Source: an uncultured delta proteobacterium (lineage in GTDB: Bacteria > Myxococcota_A > Polyangia > Fen-1088). Taken from it: DNA of 64,000 nt. The DNA lies in assembly GCA_963767925.1 (NCBI GenBank), contig CAVYGB010000010.1, positions 192,001 to 256,000 of the forward strand, in the 5' to 3' direction. Each line of letters begins with the position of its first letter. Position 1 is the first letter of the stretch. The translations under genes and the position numbers were made by a program. Below, in pieces: positions 1 to 13,494 of this stretch. The notes below the pieces were generated by a model. It worked only from the letters and a program-made list of their open reading frames with translations. It did no database searches and was not told the DNA's origin.

Positions 1-1127
1 GCCATCATCGAGGCGGCCAGCTTCTACGGGCGGTTCTTCACCGGGCAGATGACGGCCGCCGGGCGGGTCCCGCCGGCCAAGGTGCTCGTGATCGGCGCCG
101 GCGTGGCCGGCCTGGCGGCCATCGGCGCCGCCCGGGGCATGGGCGCCATCGTGCGCGCCTTCGACACGCGCCCCTCGGTCAAGGAGCAGGTCAAGAGCAT
201 GGGCGCCGAGTTCATCGAGCTCGACGTCAAGGAGGAGGGCGAAGGGGTCGGGGGCTACGCCCGGGAGATGAGCCCCGCCTTCATCAAGGCGGAGATGGCG
301 ATGTTCGGCGCCCAGTCGCGCGAGTGCGACATCATCATCACCACCGCCCTCATCCCCAACAAGCCGGCGCCCGTCTTGATCACGGAGGAGATGGTCCGCC
401 ACATGAAGAAGGGGTCGGTCATCGTCGACCTCGCCGCGGAGAACGGCGGCAACTGCGCCCTCACCCAGCCCGGCTCGGTGGTGGAGCGCTACGGGGTGAA
501 CATCGTCGGCTACGTCGACCTGCCCAGCCGCCTGGCCCCCACCGCCACCCAGCTCTACGGGTCGAACCTGGCCCACCTGCTGGCGGAGATGGGCGGCGCC
601 AAGACCTTCCACATCGACCTGGAGGACGAGATCGTGCGCGGCGCCCTGGTGGCGATGGGGGGCGAGGTCATGTGGCCGCCGCCGCGCAAGGAGCCGCCCC
701 CCCGCCGCCGCAGAAGGCGCCCCCCCGCCCGGCCCCTGGCGCCCAGCTCGCCGCCGCCGCCGCTGCCGGCCGCAGCCCGGCCCGGAGAGCCCTCACCTCG
801 GTCGGGCTCGCCGTGCTGGCGGGGGCGCTGATCGCCTTCGGACAGGTCGCCCCCTCGGAGTTCCTGTCCCACCTGACGGTCTTCGCCCTGGCCTGCGTGG
901 TCGGGTGGCAGGTCATCTGGAACGTCACCCCCGCCCTGCACACGCCCCTCATGAGCGTCACCAACGCCATCAGCGGGATCATCGTCATCGGCGGCATGTT
1001 GCAGGTCAGCGGGCCGGCCTCGTCGCCGGTCACCATCCTGGGGGCCAGCGCCATCTTGCTCGCCACCATCAACGTCGTGGGGGGGTTCCTGGTTTCGCAG
1101 CGGATGCTGCGCATGTTCCGCAAGTAG
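1..1127 (+). CDS. pntA: NAD(P) transhydrogenase subunit alpha (5'-partial; apparent frameshift near 697-726)
   Basis: Frame 1 reads [38 protein letters not shown]...[12 protein letters not shown]. The membrane part ([24 protein letters not shown]...RMLRMFRK) continues in the 324..1127 frame after C-homopolymers. pntB follows. Confidence 0.95.
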   Translation, partial: HHRGGQLLRAVLHRADDGRRAGPAGQGARDRRRRGRPGGHRRRPGHGRHRARLRHAPLGQGAGQEHGRRVHRARRQGGGRRGRGLRPGDEPRLHQGGDGDVRRPVARVRHHHHHRPHPQQAGARLDHGGDGPPHEEGVGHRRPRRGERRQLRPHPARLGGGALRGEHRRLRRPAQPPGPHRHPALRVEPGPPAGGDGRRQDLPHRPGGRDRARRPGGDGGRGHVAAAAQGAAPPPPQKAPPRPAPGAQLAAAAAAGRSPARRALTSVGLAVLAGALIAFGQVAPSEFLSHLTVFALACVVGWQVIWNVTPALHTPLMSVTNAISGIIVIGGMLQVSGPASSPVTILGASAILLATINVVGGFLVSQRMLRMFRK

Positions 1128-1137
1128 GAGCCAGCCG

Positions 1138-2559
1138 ATGCTTCCTCAGAGTCTCGTCACCCTCGCCTACATAGCCGCCGGGCTGCTCTTCATCTTCAGC
1201 CTGAGCGGGCTCTCCGCTCAGGAGTCGGCCCGACGGGGAAACCTGCTGGGCATGATCGGCATGGCCCTGGCCGTGGTGGCCACCGCCCTCGGCCCCAAGG
1301 TCAGCAACTACGCGTTCATCGTGGTCCCCCTCGCGGTGGGCGGCGTCATCGGGGCCATCGTGGCGGCCAAGGTGGTGATGACCGCCATGCCCCAGCTCGT
1401 GGCCATCTTGCACAGCTTCGTCGGTGCGGCGGCCGTGCTGGTCGGCGTGGCCAGCTACCTGGACCCCAGCGTCCACCTGACCGGCACCGAGGCCCGCATC
1501 CACGAGGTGGAGATCTTCGTGGGCGTGTTCGTCGGCGCCCTCACCTTCACGGGGTCGGTGGTGGCCTTCGGCAAGCTGCAGGGCGTGATCCGCTCGAAGC
1601 CGCTGCTGCTGCCGGGCCGGCACCTGTTCAACCTGGCCATCATCTCGGCCTGCGTCGGGCTGGGCTCTCGCTTCGTGGGGGCTGGACCGGCGGAGGCCCT
1701 CGATGCGCTCGTCATCCAGATCGTGCTCGCGTCGCTGCTGGGCATTCATCTCGTCATGGCGATCGGCGGCGCCGACATGCCTGTCGTCGTGTCGATGCTC
1801 AACAGCTACTCGGGCTGGGCGGCGGCGGCCGCCGGCTTCATGCTCTCCAACGATCTGCTGATCATCACGGGGGCCCTGGTGGGCTCGAGCGGCGCCATCC
1901 TGAGCTACATCATGTGCAAGGCGATGAACCGCTCGTTCTGGAGCGTCATCTTCGGCGGCTTCGGGGCGGAGGAAGGGGCCGCGCCCGCCAAGGGCGCCCA
2001 GCCCGTCGGCGAGGTCAAGAGCATCAGCGCCCCCGAGACCGCGCAACTTCTGCGCGACTGCCGCCGGGTGATCATCGTCCCCGGCTACGGCATGGCGGTG
2101 GCCCAGGCCCAGCACCCCCTGTACGAGGTCACCAAGCAGCTCCGGGACCGCGGCATCGACGTGCGCTTCGCCATTCATCCGGTGGCCGGCCGACTCCCCG
2201 GGCACATGAATGTGCTGCTGGCCGAGGCCAAGGTCCCCTACGACATCGTCTTCGAGATGGAGGAGATCAACGAGCACTTCCCGGAGACCGACGCCGTGCT
2301 CGTCATCGGGGCCAACGACATCGTCAACCCCGGCGCCCTCGACGATCCCTCGAGCCCCATCTACGGGATGCCCATCCTCGAGGTCTGGAAGGCCAAGACC
2401 GTGGTGGCGATGAAACGCGGCATGGCCTCGGGCTACGCCGGCGTCGACAACCCTCTCTTTTACAAGGACAACACCCTGATGTTGTTCGGCGACGCCAAGA
2501 AGACCATCGACGCGATCCTGTCAGAGCTCCACCGCAGCGCCACCGCCGCCGCCAGCTGA
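1138..2559 (+). CDS. pntB: NAD(P) transhydrogenase subunit beta
   Basis: Motifs [81 protein letters not shown]. Confidence 0.97.
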   Translation: MLPQSLVTLAYIAAGLLFIFSLSGLSAQESARRGNLLGMIGMALAVVATALGPKVSNYAFIVVPLAVGGVIGAIVAAKVVMTAMPQLVAILHSFVGAAAVLVGVASYLDPSVHLTGTEARIHEVEIFVGVFVGALTFTGSVVAFGKLQGVIRSKPLLLPGRHLFNLAIISACVGLGSRFVGAGPAEALDALVIQIVLASLLGIHLVMAIGGADMPVVVSMLNSYSGWAAAAAGFMLSNDLLIITGALVGSSGAILSYIMCKAMNRSFWSVIFGGFGAEEGAAPAKGAQPVGEVKSISAPETAQLLRDCRRVIIVPGYGMAVAQAQHPLYEVTKQLRDRGIDVRFAIHPVAGRLPGHMNVLLAEAKVPYDIVFEMEEINEHFPETDAVLVIGANDIVNPGALDDPSSPIYGMPILEVWKAKTVVAMKRGMASGYAGVDNPLFYKDNTLMLFGDAKKTIDAILSELHRSATAAAS

Positions 2560-2563
2560 GGCA

Positions 2564-2592
2564 GTGGGACCCTCGTAGGGTCCCGCACTTTC
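2564..2592 (+). terminator. Probable intrinsic terminator after pntB
   Basis: Hairpin gggaccct-cgt-agggtccc followed by a short T run, immediately after the stop codon. Confidence 0.6.
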
Positions 2593-2691
2593 AGCAACGA
2601 GCGGCGCTGGCCCGGAGTTTGGGCGGAAGTGGACATCGATATGACCAAGGGATGTCCTTGTTTCGGGCGTGTGGCCTGGTGTAGGCCGGTT

Positions 2692-2701
2692 AAAACGATT
2701 T
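2692..2701. promoter_or_regulatory. Possible LacI-family operator
   Basis: AAAACGATTT fits the AAANCGNTTT pattern and lies in an AT-rich patch ~37 bp upstream of the aminotransferase ATG. Confidence 0.35.
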
Positions 2702-2737
2702 TTGGAAACACTGGCCCCGCGCCAGGAAGGAACGTAC

Positions 2738-3865
2738 ATGCCCGAGATCAAGGTCCCGTTTTACGGTCACGCTCGCCAGAACCAGTCGATCAAGAAGGAT
2801 CTGGACGAGGCGATCCAGCAGGTGCTCGAGAGCGGGCAATACGTCATGGGCCCGGCCCTGACCCGCTTCGAGCAAGAGTTCGCCCGCTACGCCGGCACCA
2901 AATACGCGGTCGGCCTGAACTCCGGCACCGACGCCCTCTGGCTGGCTTTCATGGCCCTGGGGATCAAGGAGGGCGATGAGGTCATCACCACCGCCAACAC
3001 CTTCTTCGCCACCGCCGAGGCGATCTGGATCGCGGGGGCCAAGGCGGTGTTCGTCGACAGCGACCCGGTCACCCACAACATCGACCCGGCCAAGGTCGAG
3101 GCCGCCATCACCAGCCGCACCGTCGGCATCGTGCCCGTCCACCTCTACGGCCTCTCGGCGGACATGAAGGCCCTCTCGGTCATCGCCAAGAAGCACAAGC
3201 TCTGGATGGTCGAGGACAACGCTCAGGGCATCGACGGCCACGGCCCCGGCTGGAAGCAGGGCGAGCTGTCGGACGCGGTGGCCACCAGCTTCATCATCCA
3301 GAAGAACCTCGGCACCTACGGGGACGGCGGCGCCCTCTACACAAACCGGGAAGACATCGACAAGACCGTGCGGCGGCTGCGCAACCACGGCTCGCTCAAG
3401 CGGTCGGTGCACAGCTTCGGCTTCAACAGCCGCCTCGACGACCTGCACGCCGCCGTGCTGAGCGTGAAGCTCAAGCACATCACCCGCTGGACCGATCGCC
3501 GCCGGGAGATCGCCGCCCGCTACACCAAGGGGCTGCAGGGCACCACCAGCTTCACCTTGCCGGTGGAGCCGGCCGGCTACCGCCACGTCTTCCACCTCTA
3601 CGTCATCGAGACCCCCAAGCGGGACGAGCTCGAGAAGTACCTGGTCAACGCCGGGATCGACGCCAAGCTGCACTACCCGATCGCCATCCACAAGCAGGAG
3701 GGCTACCCCTGGGGCAAGCTGGCCGACGCCAACCCCCAGGTGCCGAACTCCGAGAAGAACGCCGCCCAGTGCCTGTCGCTGCCGATGTTCCCCGAGCTCA
3801 CCGACGCCGAGGCGGACGAGACCATCGCCGCGCTCGTCGCCTGGGACCGGGCGCAGAAGCGCTGA
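2738..3865 (+). CDS. DegT/DnrJ/EryC1/StrS family PLP-dependent sugar aminotransferase
   Basis: Motifs NSGTDAL, VPVHLYG, EDNAQ, SFIIQKNLGTYGDGG (PLP Lys), GFNSRLDDLHAA, LSLPMFPEL; RBS-like aggaagg before ATG 2738. Confidence 0.93.
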   Translation: MPEIKVPFYGHARQNQSIKKDLDEAIQQVLESGQYVMGPALTRFEQEFARYAGTKYAVGLNSGTDALWLAFMALGIKEGDEVITTANTFFATAEAIWIAGAKAVFVDSDPVTHNIDPAKVEAAITSRTVGIVPVHLYGLSADMKALSVIAKKHKLWMVEDNAQGIDGHGPGWKQGELSDAVATSFIIQKNLGTYGDGGALYTNREDIDKTVRRLRNHGSLKRSVHSFGFNSRLDDLHAAVLSVKLKHITRWTDRRREIAARYTKGLQGTTSFTLPVEPAGYRHVFHLYVIETPKRDELEKYLVNAGIDAKLHYPIAIHKQEGYPWGKLADANPQVPNSEKNAAQCLSLPMFPELTDAEADETIAALVAWDRAQKR

Positions 3866-3893
3866 CCACGGCAACGCAACGAGGACAAACAAC

Positions 3894-4967
3894 ATGACAG
3901 CCCGTCCCTACAAGGTCGTCGTCGTCGGAACCGGCAAGCGGGGTCTGCACCACGCCAGCGCCTTCAAGAAGAACCCCCGGTTCGAGCTTGTCGGTCTGGC
4001 CGACGTGGTCCCCGCCCAGCTGGCCAAGGCGGCGGCCGAGCTGGGGGTCAGCGAGACCTCGCCTGACCCCCTCGCCCTCAGCCGCAAGGTGAAGCCGGAC
4101 ATCTTCTGTTTCTGCACCCCGCCCAACGTGCGCCTGCCGCTCATCAAGGCGGGGATCGAGTCGGGGGCCCGGCTCATCGCCTACGAGAAGCCGATCGCCC
4201 TCTCGGCCAGCGAGGGGATCGCCATCCGGGAGGCCTTGCAAGGGACGGGCGTCAAGACGGTGGTCAGCCACCAGCACCGCTACGGCGAGCACTACCGCAA
4301 GGTGAAGGAGATCATCGCCCGGGGCGACATCGGCCGGGTGCACACAGTCTACGCCCACGGGGTGGGCTGGATGACCCACGTGTTCACCCACTTCATCGAC
4401 CTGATGGGCTGGTACAACGGCAGCTCGGAGGTGAGCTGGGTGATGGGCCAGGCAGCGGGCTCGGGCAAGATGACCGACAACCACCCTTCGCCCGACTACA
4501 TCGCCGGGATCATCCAGTATCAGAACGGCGCCCGCGGGTACGTCGAGTGTGGGGCCGGAGCCCCCGACGTGCCCGAGGTCGACTACTGGTGGCGCAAGAA
4601 CCGGATCGGCGCCCAGGGGACCGACGGCTTCGCCGAAGCACTCACCGGCGGCGGCTGGCGGGCGGTGACCAAGTCGGGCGCCGCCAGCGGCGGCGGCTCG
4701 ATGAACTACGACCTCGACATGCCCCCCTACGTCGACGAGATGGCCGACTGGCTCGACGACGAGGCCCGCGTCCACCCCTGCAACGGGGACAACGCCTACC
4801 GGGGCTTCGAGACCCAGATGGGCATCCTCCGCTCGGTCGTGGAGCGGGGGCAGATCGCCCTGCCGATCGGGCCCGGGGAGCCCGAGATCGAAGCCCTCAA
4901 GAAGGTGCTGCCCGCCCGGCCGGTGCTGCTCTCGTCCGAGGTGAACCGGAAGGAGTACCTGAAGTAG
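3894..4967 (+). CDS. Gfo/Idh/MocA family oxidoreductase
   Basis: N-terminal Rossmann VVVVGTGKRG, YEKPIA motif, HQHRY, HFIDL; RBS gagga. Confidence 0.9.
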   Translation: MTARPYKVVVVGTGKRGLHHASAFKKNPRFELVGLADVVPAQLAKAAAELGVSETSPDPLALSRKVKPDIFCFCTPPNVRLPLIKAGIESGARLIAYEKPIALSASEGIAIREALQGTGVKTVVSHQHRYGEHYRKVKEIIARGDIGRVHTVYAHGVGWMTHVFTHFIDLMGWYNGSSEVSWVMGQAAGSGKMTDNHPSPDYIAGIIQYQNGARGYVECGAGAPDVPEVDYWWRKNRIGAQGTDGFAEALTGGGWRAVTKSGAASGGGSMNYDLDMPPYVDEMADWLDDEARVHPCNGDNAYRGFETQMGILRSVVERGQIALPIGPGEPEIEALKKVLPARPVLLSSEVNRKEYLK

Positions 4968-5067
4968 TCCCCCCGGCCCGCTCCCGCACGGCGGGGGCGG
5001 GGCATCATCTTTCACCCGTTTCAGACCGAGGCCACCCGGCCGCTCGCTCGAGCGGCCGGGCAGGCGG

Positions 5068-5886
5068 TCAGCGTTTCACTTCGGAGAGCAAGCTCTCGAG
5101 GTTCGGCAGGTCCGACAGGTTCGGCTCGAGGATGATCTCGATCCGCCGGTTCTGGGCCCGCCCGTCCGGCGTCTGATTGCTCGCCACCGGGGCGAACTCG
5201 GCGTACCCCGCCGCCCCCACCAGCTCCGGCTTCATCCCTCCGCCGGCCAGCAGCTTCGCCACCGACACGGCCCGCCCGGTCGACAGCTCCCAGTTCGAGG
5301 CGAACTTGGCCGTCTTGATCGGGACGTTGTCGGTGTGCCCCGCCACCAGGAAGCGCCGGTCCCCGATCCCGTTGAGGACGTGGGCCACCTGGGTCAGCGT
5401 CGTCTTGCCCACCGACTTGAGGTCGATCTTTCCCGAATCGAACAACACGTCGTTTGGCAATACGATCAACATGCGCCCGTTGCGGATGGTGACCTTGAGC
5501 TGACCGGCATCGATCATCGAGCGGAGCTTGTCGACGAGCCCCCGGAAGGTAGCCGCCCGCGCTTCCGCCGCCGCCTTCTGGCGCCGGACCTCGTCCAGCT
5601 CCTTCTCGGCGTCCTGCAGGCCCGCCGCCAGCCGACCCTTCTCGTTGGCGAGCTGGTCGACGTTCTGACCGAGGGCCTGGAACTTGCGCCGCAAGGCCAC
5701 GTACCCGTATTGCACCTCGTTAAGCTCGGCGGTCAGCCGGGCCACGTCCGCCTCCCGGGCCTTCTCCCGCCTGACCGCCTCGTCCAGCTCCTGGACCTTG
5801 GCGTCATAGGTCACCATGCCAACACAACCAACGCTGCCCGCTGCGAGCAGACCGACCACCAACCCGCCCAACACATTCCGCCCCAT
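5068..5886 (-). CDS. OmpA/MotB-family lipoprotein with coiled-coil stalk
   Basis: Lipobox-like AAGSVGC, heptad coiled coil, then LFDSGK...VAGHTDNVPI...SNWELSTGRA...GRAQNRRIEI; start 5886 or 5916. Confidence 0.88.
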   Translation of the reverse strand: MGRNVLGGLVVGLLAAGSVGCVGMVTYDAKVQELDEAVRREKAREADVARLTAELNEVQYGYVALRRKFQALGQNVDQLANEKGRLAAGLQDAEKELDEVRRQKAAAEARAATFRGLVDKLRSMIDAGQLKVTIRNGRMLIVLPNDVLFDSGKIDLKSVGKTTLTQVAHVLNGIGDRRFLVAGHTDNVPIKTAKFASNWELSTGRAVSVAKLLAGGGMKPELVGAAGYAEFAPVASNQTPDGRAQNRRIEIILEPNLSDLPNLESLLSEVKR

Positions 5887-6082
5887 TGCTCCCAACCTCC
5901 CTGACCGTCGCTGCATGACGTAACTCCTGTTGCCTCCCTCATCGTAACACCTGAACAGCGTCCCATGGTATGGATGCCGAACCGTTTGCTGGGGCAGCGG
6001 TAAGCTGCTCTGCGACGGCACCGTAGATCGAGTGAGACGTCCTACATCGTCGACCACATCGTCGTTTCTGAGGGAGAAGCCC

Positions 6083-7339
6083 ATGAAATCATCGGTCCGG
6101 AATCGGCTCTTCGTGATGATGGTTCTCGAGTTCTTCATCTGGGGCGCCTGGCTGCCCCTGGTGTGGCCCTACATGGGCGAGCTCGGCTTCACCTCGATCC
6201 AGATCGCGCTCGTGGGCAGCGCCTTCGCCATCGCCGGCGTGGTGGCCATCTTCTTCGGCAACCAGTTCGCCGACCGCAACTTCGCCGCCCAGAAGTTCCT
6301 GGCCTTCTCCCACCTGGTCGGAGGCCTGGCCATGCTGGGGCTGTTCTGGACGAAGTCGTTCCCGATGTTCTTCGCCCTGATGTTGCTGCACTCCCTGTTC
6401 TACGTGCCGACCATCTCGGTCGCGAACTCGATCGCCTTCGCCAACCTCAAGGACGCCCAGAAGGAGTTCGGGCTCGTGCGCATGGGCGGCACCATCGGCT
6501 GGATCCTGGCCTCCTTCCCCCTCTGGTTCGCCCTCAAGGGCCAGCAGGGCGCCGCCCTGCAGGACGCCCGGGCCTACATCTTCGTGGTGGCGGCGGTCGG
6601 CTCCTTCTTGCTCGCCGCCTTCAGCCTGAGCCTGCCCAACACCCCGCCCAAGCCGGCTACCGGCGCCGCCGACCGCCTGGCCTGGCTGCGCGCCGCAAAG
6701 CTGCTGGCGACGCCGTTCCTGCTGGTGCTGTTCATCGTCACCTTCATCGACGCCACCATCCACAACGGCTACTTCCTCATGACCGGCGGGTTCCTGGGCA
6801 AGATCGGCATCCGGCCCGAGAACATCATGTTCGTGATGGCGATCGGGCAGATCGCCGAGATCCTCACGATGGCCATCCTGGGCTGGGTGCTGTCCCGACT
6901 GGGCTGGCGCGTGACGTTGGCGGTCGGCGTGCTCGGCCACGGCGCGCGCTTCCTTGTCTTCGCCCTCATGCCCAACGTGCCGGAGGCCATCATCGCCGTG
7001 CAGGTTCTGCACGGCATCTCCTACGCGTTCTTCTTCGCCACGGTCTACATCTTCATCGACGTGGCGTTTCCCAAGGACGTCCGGTCGAGCGCGCAGGGCC
7101 TGTTCAACCTGCTGATCCTGGGCCTCGGGGATCTGGCGGCGAAGTGGATCTTCCTGCCGCTCCAGGACGCCCTGACGGTAGGTGGGGAGATCGACTACCG
7201 CACCCTGTTCCTGGTCCCGACCGCCATGTCGGTCGGCGCCGCCCTGCTGCTGATCCTCTTCTTCCGCCCGCCCCGCGCGCTGCAGACCAGCGGCGCCGAG
7301 GAGCGTCCGGTCGAGGGGCAGGCCGCGACCGCCTCCTAG
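6083..7339 (+). CDS. MFS transporter, nucleoside:H+ symporter (NupG/XapB-like)
   Basis: RLFVMMVLEFFIWGAW, FADRNF, YVPTISVANSIAF, VRMGGTIGW, GQIAE, SAQGLF; ~12 hydrophobic segments. Confidence 0.9.
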   Translation: MKSSVRNRLFVMMVLEFFIWGAWLPLVWPYMGELGFTSIQIALVGSAFAIAGVVAIFFGNQFADRNFAAQKFLAFSHLVGGLAMLGLFWTKSFPMFFALMLLHSLFYVPTISVANSIAFANLKDAQKEFGLVRMGGTIGWILASFPLWFALKGQQGAALQDARAYIFVVAAVGSFLLAAFSLSLPNTPPKPATGAADRLAWLRAAKLLATPFLLVLFIVTFIDATIHNGYFLMTGGFLGKIGIRPENIMFVMAIGQIAEILTMAILGWVLSRLGWRVTLAVGVLGHGARFLVFALMPNVPEAIIAVQVLHGISYAFFFATVYIFIDVAFPKDVRSSAQGLFNLLILGLGDLAAKWIFLPLQDALTVGGEIDYRTLFLVPTAMSVGAALLLILFFRPPRALQTSGAEERPVEGQAATAS

Positions 7340-7375
7340 GCGGGCGACCCCGCCGAATCGGCGCTGCCAGAGACC

Positions 7376-7402
7376 GCCCTCCGACGGGAGGGCCGCCTTT
7401 TT
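7376..7402 (+). terminator. Probable intrinsic terminator
   Basis: gccctcc-gacg-ggagggc hairpin followed by cgccttttt. Confidence 0.5.
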
Positions 7403-7482
7403 CGCGAGAGCGGCTTGCGCAGCCGCGCGCGGCGCAATAAGTTTGGCCACCCCGTCTCGATCGTCCGAGACGATCAAGTCGC

Positions 7483-10541
<3,059 letters not shown>

Positions 10542-10545
10542 ACAT

Positions 10546-10567
10546 GGGGGGCTGAGGACAGCCCCCC
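10546..10567. terminator. Hairpin between convergent secA and TonB-like gene
   Basis: ggggggctg-agga-cagcccccc perfect 9-bp stem. Confidence 0.55.
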
Positions 10568-10590
10568 CACCCGGAGACACCTCCGGTGGT

Positions 10591-11376
10591 CTAGTAGTGG
10601 CGTTCGTATTTGATGATGACGCCGTGGCAAAAAGGCGTCGGTTTTCCGGACTGCAAGAGTGGGCGGTAGCGCCAGCCCCGCACCGCGGAGAGGACGACGG
10701 GGTCGAGGTGGGCGGAGGCGTCCGAGAGGAGCTCGGCTTCGCTGACCTGGCCCTGTTCGGAGACGCACAGCTCGATGGCGACAACGTAGGCGCCGCGTTC
10801 GGGCCAGAGGGCGGCGGGGAGGCGGGGAAAGTAGTCCTCGGTGCGCAGGGCGGTGGCCTCCTTGAGCGAGACGAAGGGGCGGTCGCGCCGGGCGGGGGAC
10901 TCGGCCGCTACGCCGCCGCCGATAACCCGGGCGAACAGCTCCTGGCGCCGGCCCCGGATGGAGCCGCCGCCGTCGCCCAGGCCGTCGCCGGTGCCGCCCA
11001 GGCCCGCGACGGTCGCCAGCGGTCCCTCGACGAGCACGGTCGCGCCCGCCGCCGGCTCGGCCGGCGTGGCGGCGGTCGGATCGACGGCGGCCGGACGTTC
11101 GCGAGGGAGGGCCGGGCGACGCAGCCGGGGCGCGCGCTTGCGCCCGGTGGCGGGCGCCGCCGGGCGACCCGGCTCGGCCACCGTGGGTCGGGGCGCGATC
11201 AGCGACACCGCCAGCACCCGGGGCTGCACCAGCACCAGAGGGTCCTCCCGCCGCAGCTCGCGCGCCGCCAGGGCCAGGGCCAGCAGCACCGCCACGTGCA
11301 GCAGCACGGATCCCAGATGCGCCCCTCCCCGCCTGGGTCGGGAGCGCCTCTGCTCGAGAAACGCCCGGAACACCAA
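10591..11376 (-). CDS. TonB-like energy transducer (TM anchor, Pro-rich linker, TonB_C-like domain)
   Basis: SVLLHVAVL TM with the SHLS-type His, Pro/Ala linker, C-terminal ELCVSEQGQV...LDPVVLSAVRGWRYRP...PFCH. Confidence 0.75.
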   Translation of the reverse strand: MVFRAFLEQRRSRPRRGGAHLGSVLLHVAVLLALALAARELRREDPLVLVQPRVLAVSLIAPRPTVAEPGRPAAPATGRKRAPRLRRPALPRERPAAVDPTAATPAEPAAGATVLVEGPLATVAGLGGTGDGLGDGGGSIRGRRQELFARVIGGGVAAESPARRDRPFVSLKEATALRTEDYFPRLPAALWPERGAYVVAIELCVSEQGQVSEAELLSDASAHLDPVVLSAVRGWRYRPLLQSGKPTPFCHGVIIKYERHY

Positions 11377-11495
11377 TCGCGACCTCCCTGATAACGTACA
11401 CCGCTCGACCTGGATTGCACACGGGCGGCTGCCCGGGATTGTTCGGCGCGCACCGACTCACGTATGATCGCGGGTGGCCACGCGTGCGATACCCG

Positions 11496-12746
11496 ATGCG
11501 ACCCGAGGGACGAGGCTGGGCCCACCTCCTACCTGGAGGGGTCCTTTTCGCGGCGTGTTTCGCCGTCCTGCTCGCCACGGCTGGGTGTGGGCAGGAGGAG
11601 GCGACGGGGTGTCGGGCCGAACCGATCGTGTTGACCCGGACGGCGCTGACCGCCCTGCCGGATGTCCAGCTCCACCGCGCGGGCGACGGCTTCCTCCTCG
11701 TCGGGAGCGAACGGGAGGGCCGCCTGGTCCGGGTGGCCCGCCTGTCGGCGGCCGGCCGGCTCGGCCAGGAGATCGATCTGGTCCTCGCCCCCCCGCTGCT
11801 GGGCCCCTACTTCGCGCCGGTGGCGCGGAACACGCCCGGCGATCAGCTCCTCGTCGTCCACGGCGTGGCCCACCCGGCGGACGCGGGCAAGATCGCCCTG
11901 CGGGTACGGGCCATCGATGTCCCGCCCGCCGACCCGCTCGCCGCGATCGAGACCCGCCCCTTGCTCGACGGCGAGGGGCGCGAGGCGCTGATCGAGAGGA
12001 CCGAGCGGGCCAGCTTTCAGGCGGCGATGGGCGCCGGCGCGGGCGGCACACGCGCCGCCTTCGCCTGGGGCCTCGGCCGGCAAGATGTAGCCCCCACCGT
12101 TGTGCTGCTCGCCGCCGACGGCGTGGGTCAGCCGGTGCCGGGCGCGGTGGCGCCCCCCGACACCCCCTGGGACTGCCTCGCCGTGACCGCCGGCCGGGCC
12201 GACTTCGGCGTCAGCTTGATCGGCCGCCCCGCCGACCCGGGCCGGCGGCCGGTGTGGCACTTTCACGACTTGCGCGAGGACAGCAGCACCGCCTCCACCC
12301 TCGACGTCCAGATCGCGACCCGCGAGATGGGCTGCCCGGTGGTCGCCCCCACCAGCAAGGGGTACACGCTCGCCTGGCAGAACCGCGACGGCACCTACTT
12401 CAGCAGCATCGACACGACCCGCGAGGAAACCCTCCTCGTCTCCGACATCGTCAAAGCCGCGGTGCGCTTCGGCGGCCCCGATCGGCAGCCTCCCCTCGGC
12501 TGCATCGCCCCGATGGACCGGATGTTCGCCATCGTCTACGACGCGCCCGGCGGCCCGCTCGCCGACCGCTTCGACATCTTCGGCAACCCCCGGGGAGCCT
12601 CTCTGCGCCTTCCCGCGCGCCGCCGCGGCGACCGTCTGTCGGCCCTCCCCGGCATTGACGCGGTATTCACGACCTACCTGGACGACCCACCGGAAACGGC
12701 GCTAGACGCACGCTACTTCGTGCGCATCGTTTGCCCACCGCTATAG
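11496..12746 (+). CDS. Hypothetical lipoprotein
   Basis: Hydrophobic signal ending LATAGC; long ORF with GC-rich third positions; start uncertain (11415 or 11496). Confidence 0.7.
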   Translation: MRPEGRGWAHLLPGGVLFAACFAVLLATAGCGQEEATGCRAEPIVLTRTALTALPDVQLHRAGDGFLLVGSEREGRLVRVARLSAAGRLGQEIDLVLAPPLLGPYFAPVARNTPGDQLLVVHGVAHPADAGKIALRVRAIDVPPADPLAAIETRPLLDGEGREALIERTERASFQAAMGAGAGGTRAAFAWGLGRQDVAPTVVLLAADGVGQPVPGAVAPPDTPWDCLAVTAGRADFGVSLIGRPADPGRRPVWHFHDLREDSSTASTLDVQIATREMGCPVVAPTSKGYTLAWQNRDGTYFSSIDTTREETLLVSDIVKAAVRFGGPDRQPPLGCIAPMDRMFAIVYDAPGGPLADRFDIFGNPRGASLRLPARRRGDRLSALPGIDAVFTTYLDDPPETALDARYFVRIVCPPL

Positions 12747-12793
12747 TCGAGCCAAGCGTCGAAGCTCCCGCCGCCGGCGGCCTGGAAAGGCGA

Positions 12794-12819
12794 GGAATAG
12801 ATTCGACTTACGCGTGGTT
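12794..12819 (+). promoter_or_regulatory. ECF (SigR/SigH-type) promoter, probably autoregulatory
   Basis: GGAAT (12794-12798) - 18 nt - GTT (12817-12819), ending 17 nt before the sigma ATG. Confidence 0.65.
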
Positions 12820-12836
12820 TCAAAGACGAGAGCCAG

Positions 12837-13493
12837 ATGTCGATTTTCCAGCGTCGTGCGTCGAGATCGGACTTCGAACGGGAGGCGATGCCTCACCTCG
12901 GGGCGCTCTACGGGGCGGCCTTGCGGCTGTCCCGGGACGACGCCGAGGCCGAGGATCTGGTGCAGGAGACGATGCTCCGCGCCTACCGCTTCTTCGACAC
13001 CTTCGAGGCCGGCACCAACTGCAAGGCCTGGCTCTTCCGCATCCTCACCAACGTCTTTCGCAACCGCTACCGGGAGCGCGAGCGGGAGCAGGAGATCCTC
13101 GACGCCGCCGAGTCGTCGGAGGCCAACCTAGGCCAGTTCGTGTCGACCGGCCCCCGCGACACGGAGACCGCCCTGCTCGGCCGCATGGTCTCGGGCGACG
13201 TCGAACGGGCCCTCACCCAGGTGCCGGCCGAGTTCCGCCTGGCCGTGGTCCTCGCCGACCTGGAAGACTTCTCCTACAAGGAGATCGCCGAGATCATGGA
13301 CTGCCCCGCCGGCACCGTCATGAGCCGGCTCTACCGGGGCCGCAAGATCCTGCAAAAGCTCCTCTATGGCTACGCCATCGAGCAGGGGATCGTGAAGCCA
13401 GGGACCCTGCCTGCCGCGGAGGCGAGCGCCGACCCGGATGCCCCGGTCGACCTCGACAGCTTCCGCCGGCGCAAAGCGGCCTCGGAGAGCTGA
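12837..13493 (+). CDS. ECF RNA polymerase sigma factor (SigH/SigR-like)
   Basis: EAEDLVQETMLRAYRFFDTFEAGTNCKAWLFRILTN (region 2); FSYKEIAEIMDCPAGTVMSRLYRGRK (region 4). Confidence 0.95.
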   Translation: MSIFQRRASRSDFEREAMPHLGALYGAALRLSRDDAEAEDLVQETMLRAYRFFDTFEAGTNCKAWLFRILTNVFRNRYREREREQEILDAAESSEANLGQFVSTGPRDTETALLGRMVSGDVERALTQVPAEFRLAVVLADLEDFSYKEIAEIMDCPAGTVMSRLYRGRKILQKLLYGYAIEQGIVKPGTLPAAEASADPDAPVDLDSFRRRKAASES

Positions 13494-13494
13494 C

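Noticed and set aside
5068..5886. MotB-like gene as a flagellar stator or ZorB
   Set aside because: No MotA/ZorA partner; lipoprotein-coiled-coil-OmpA architecture is a common stand-alone form.
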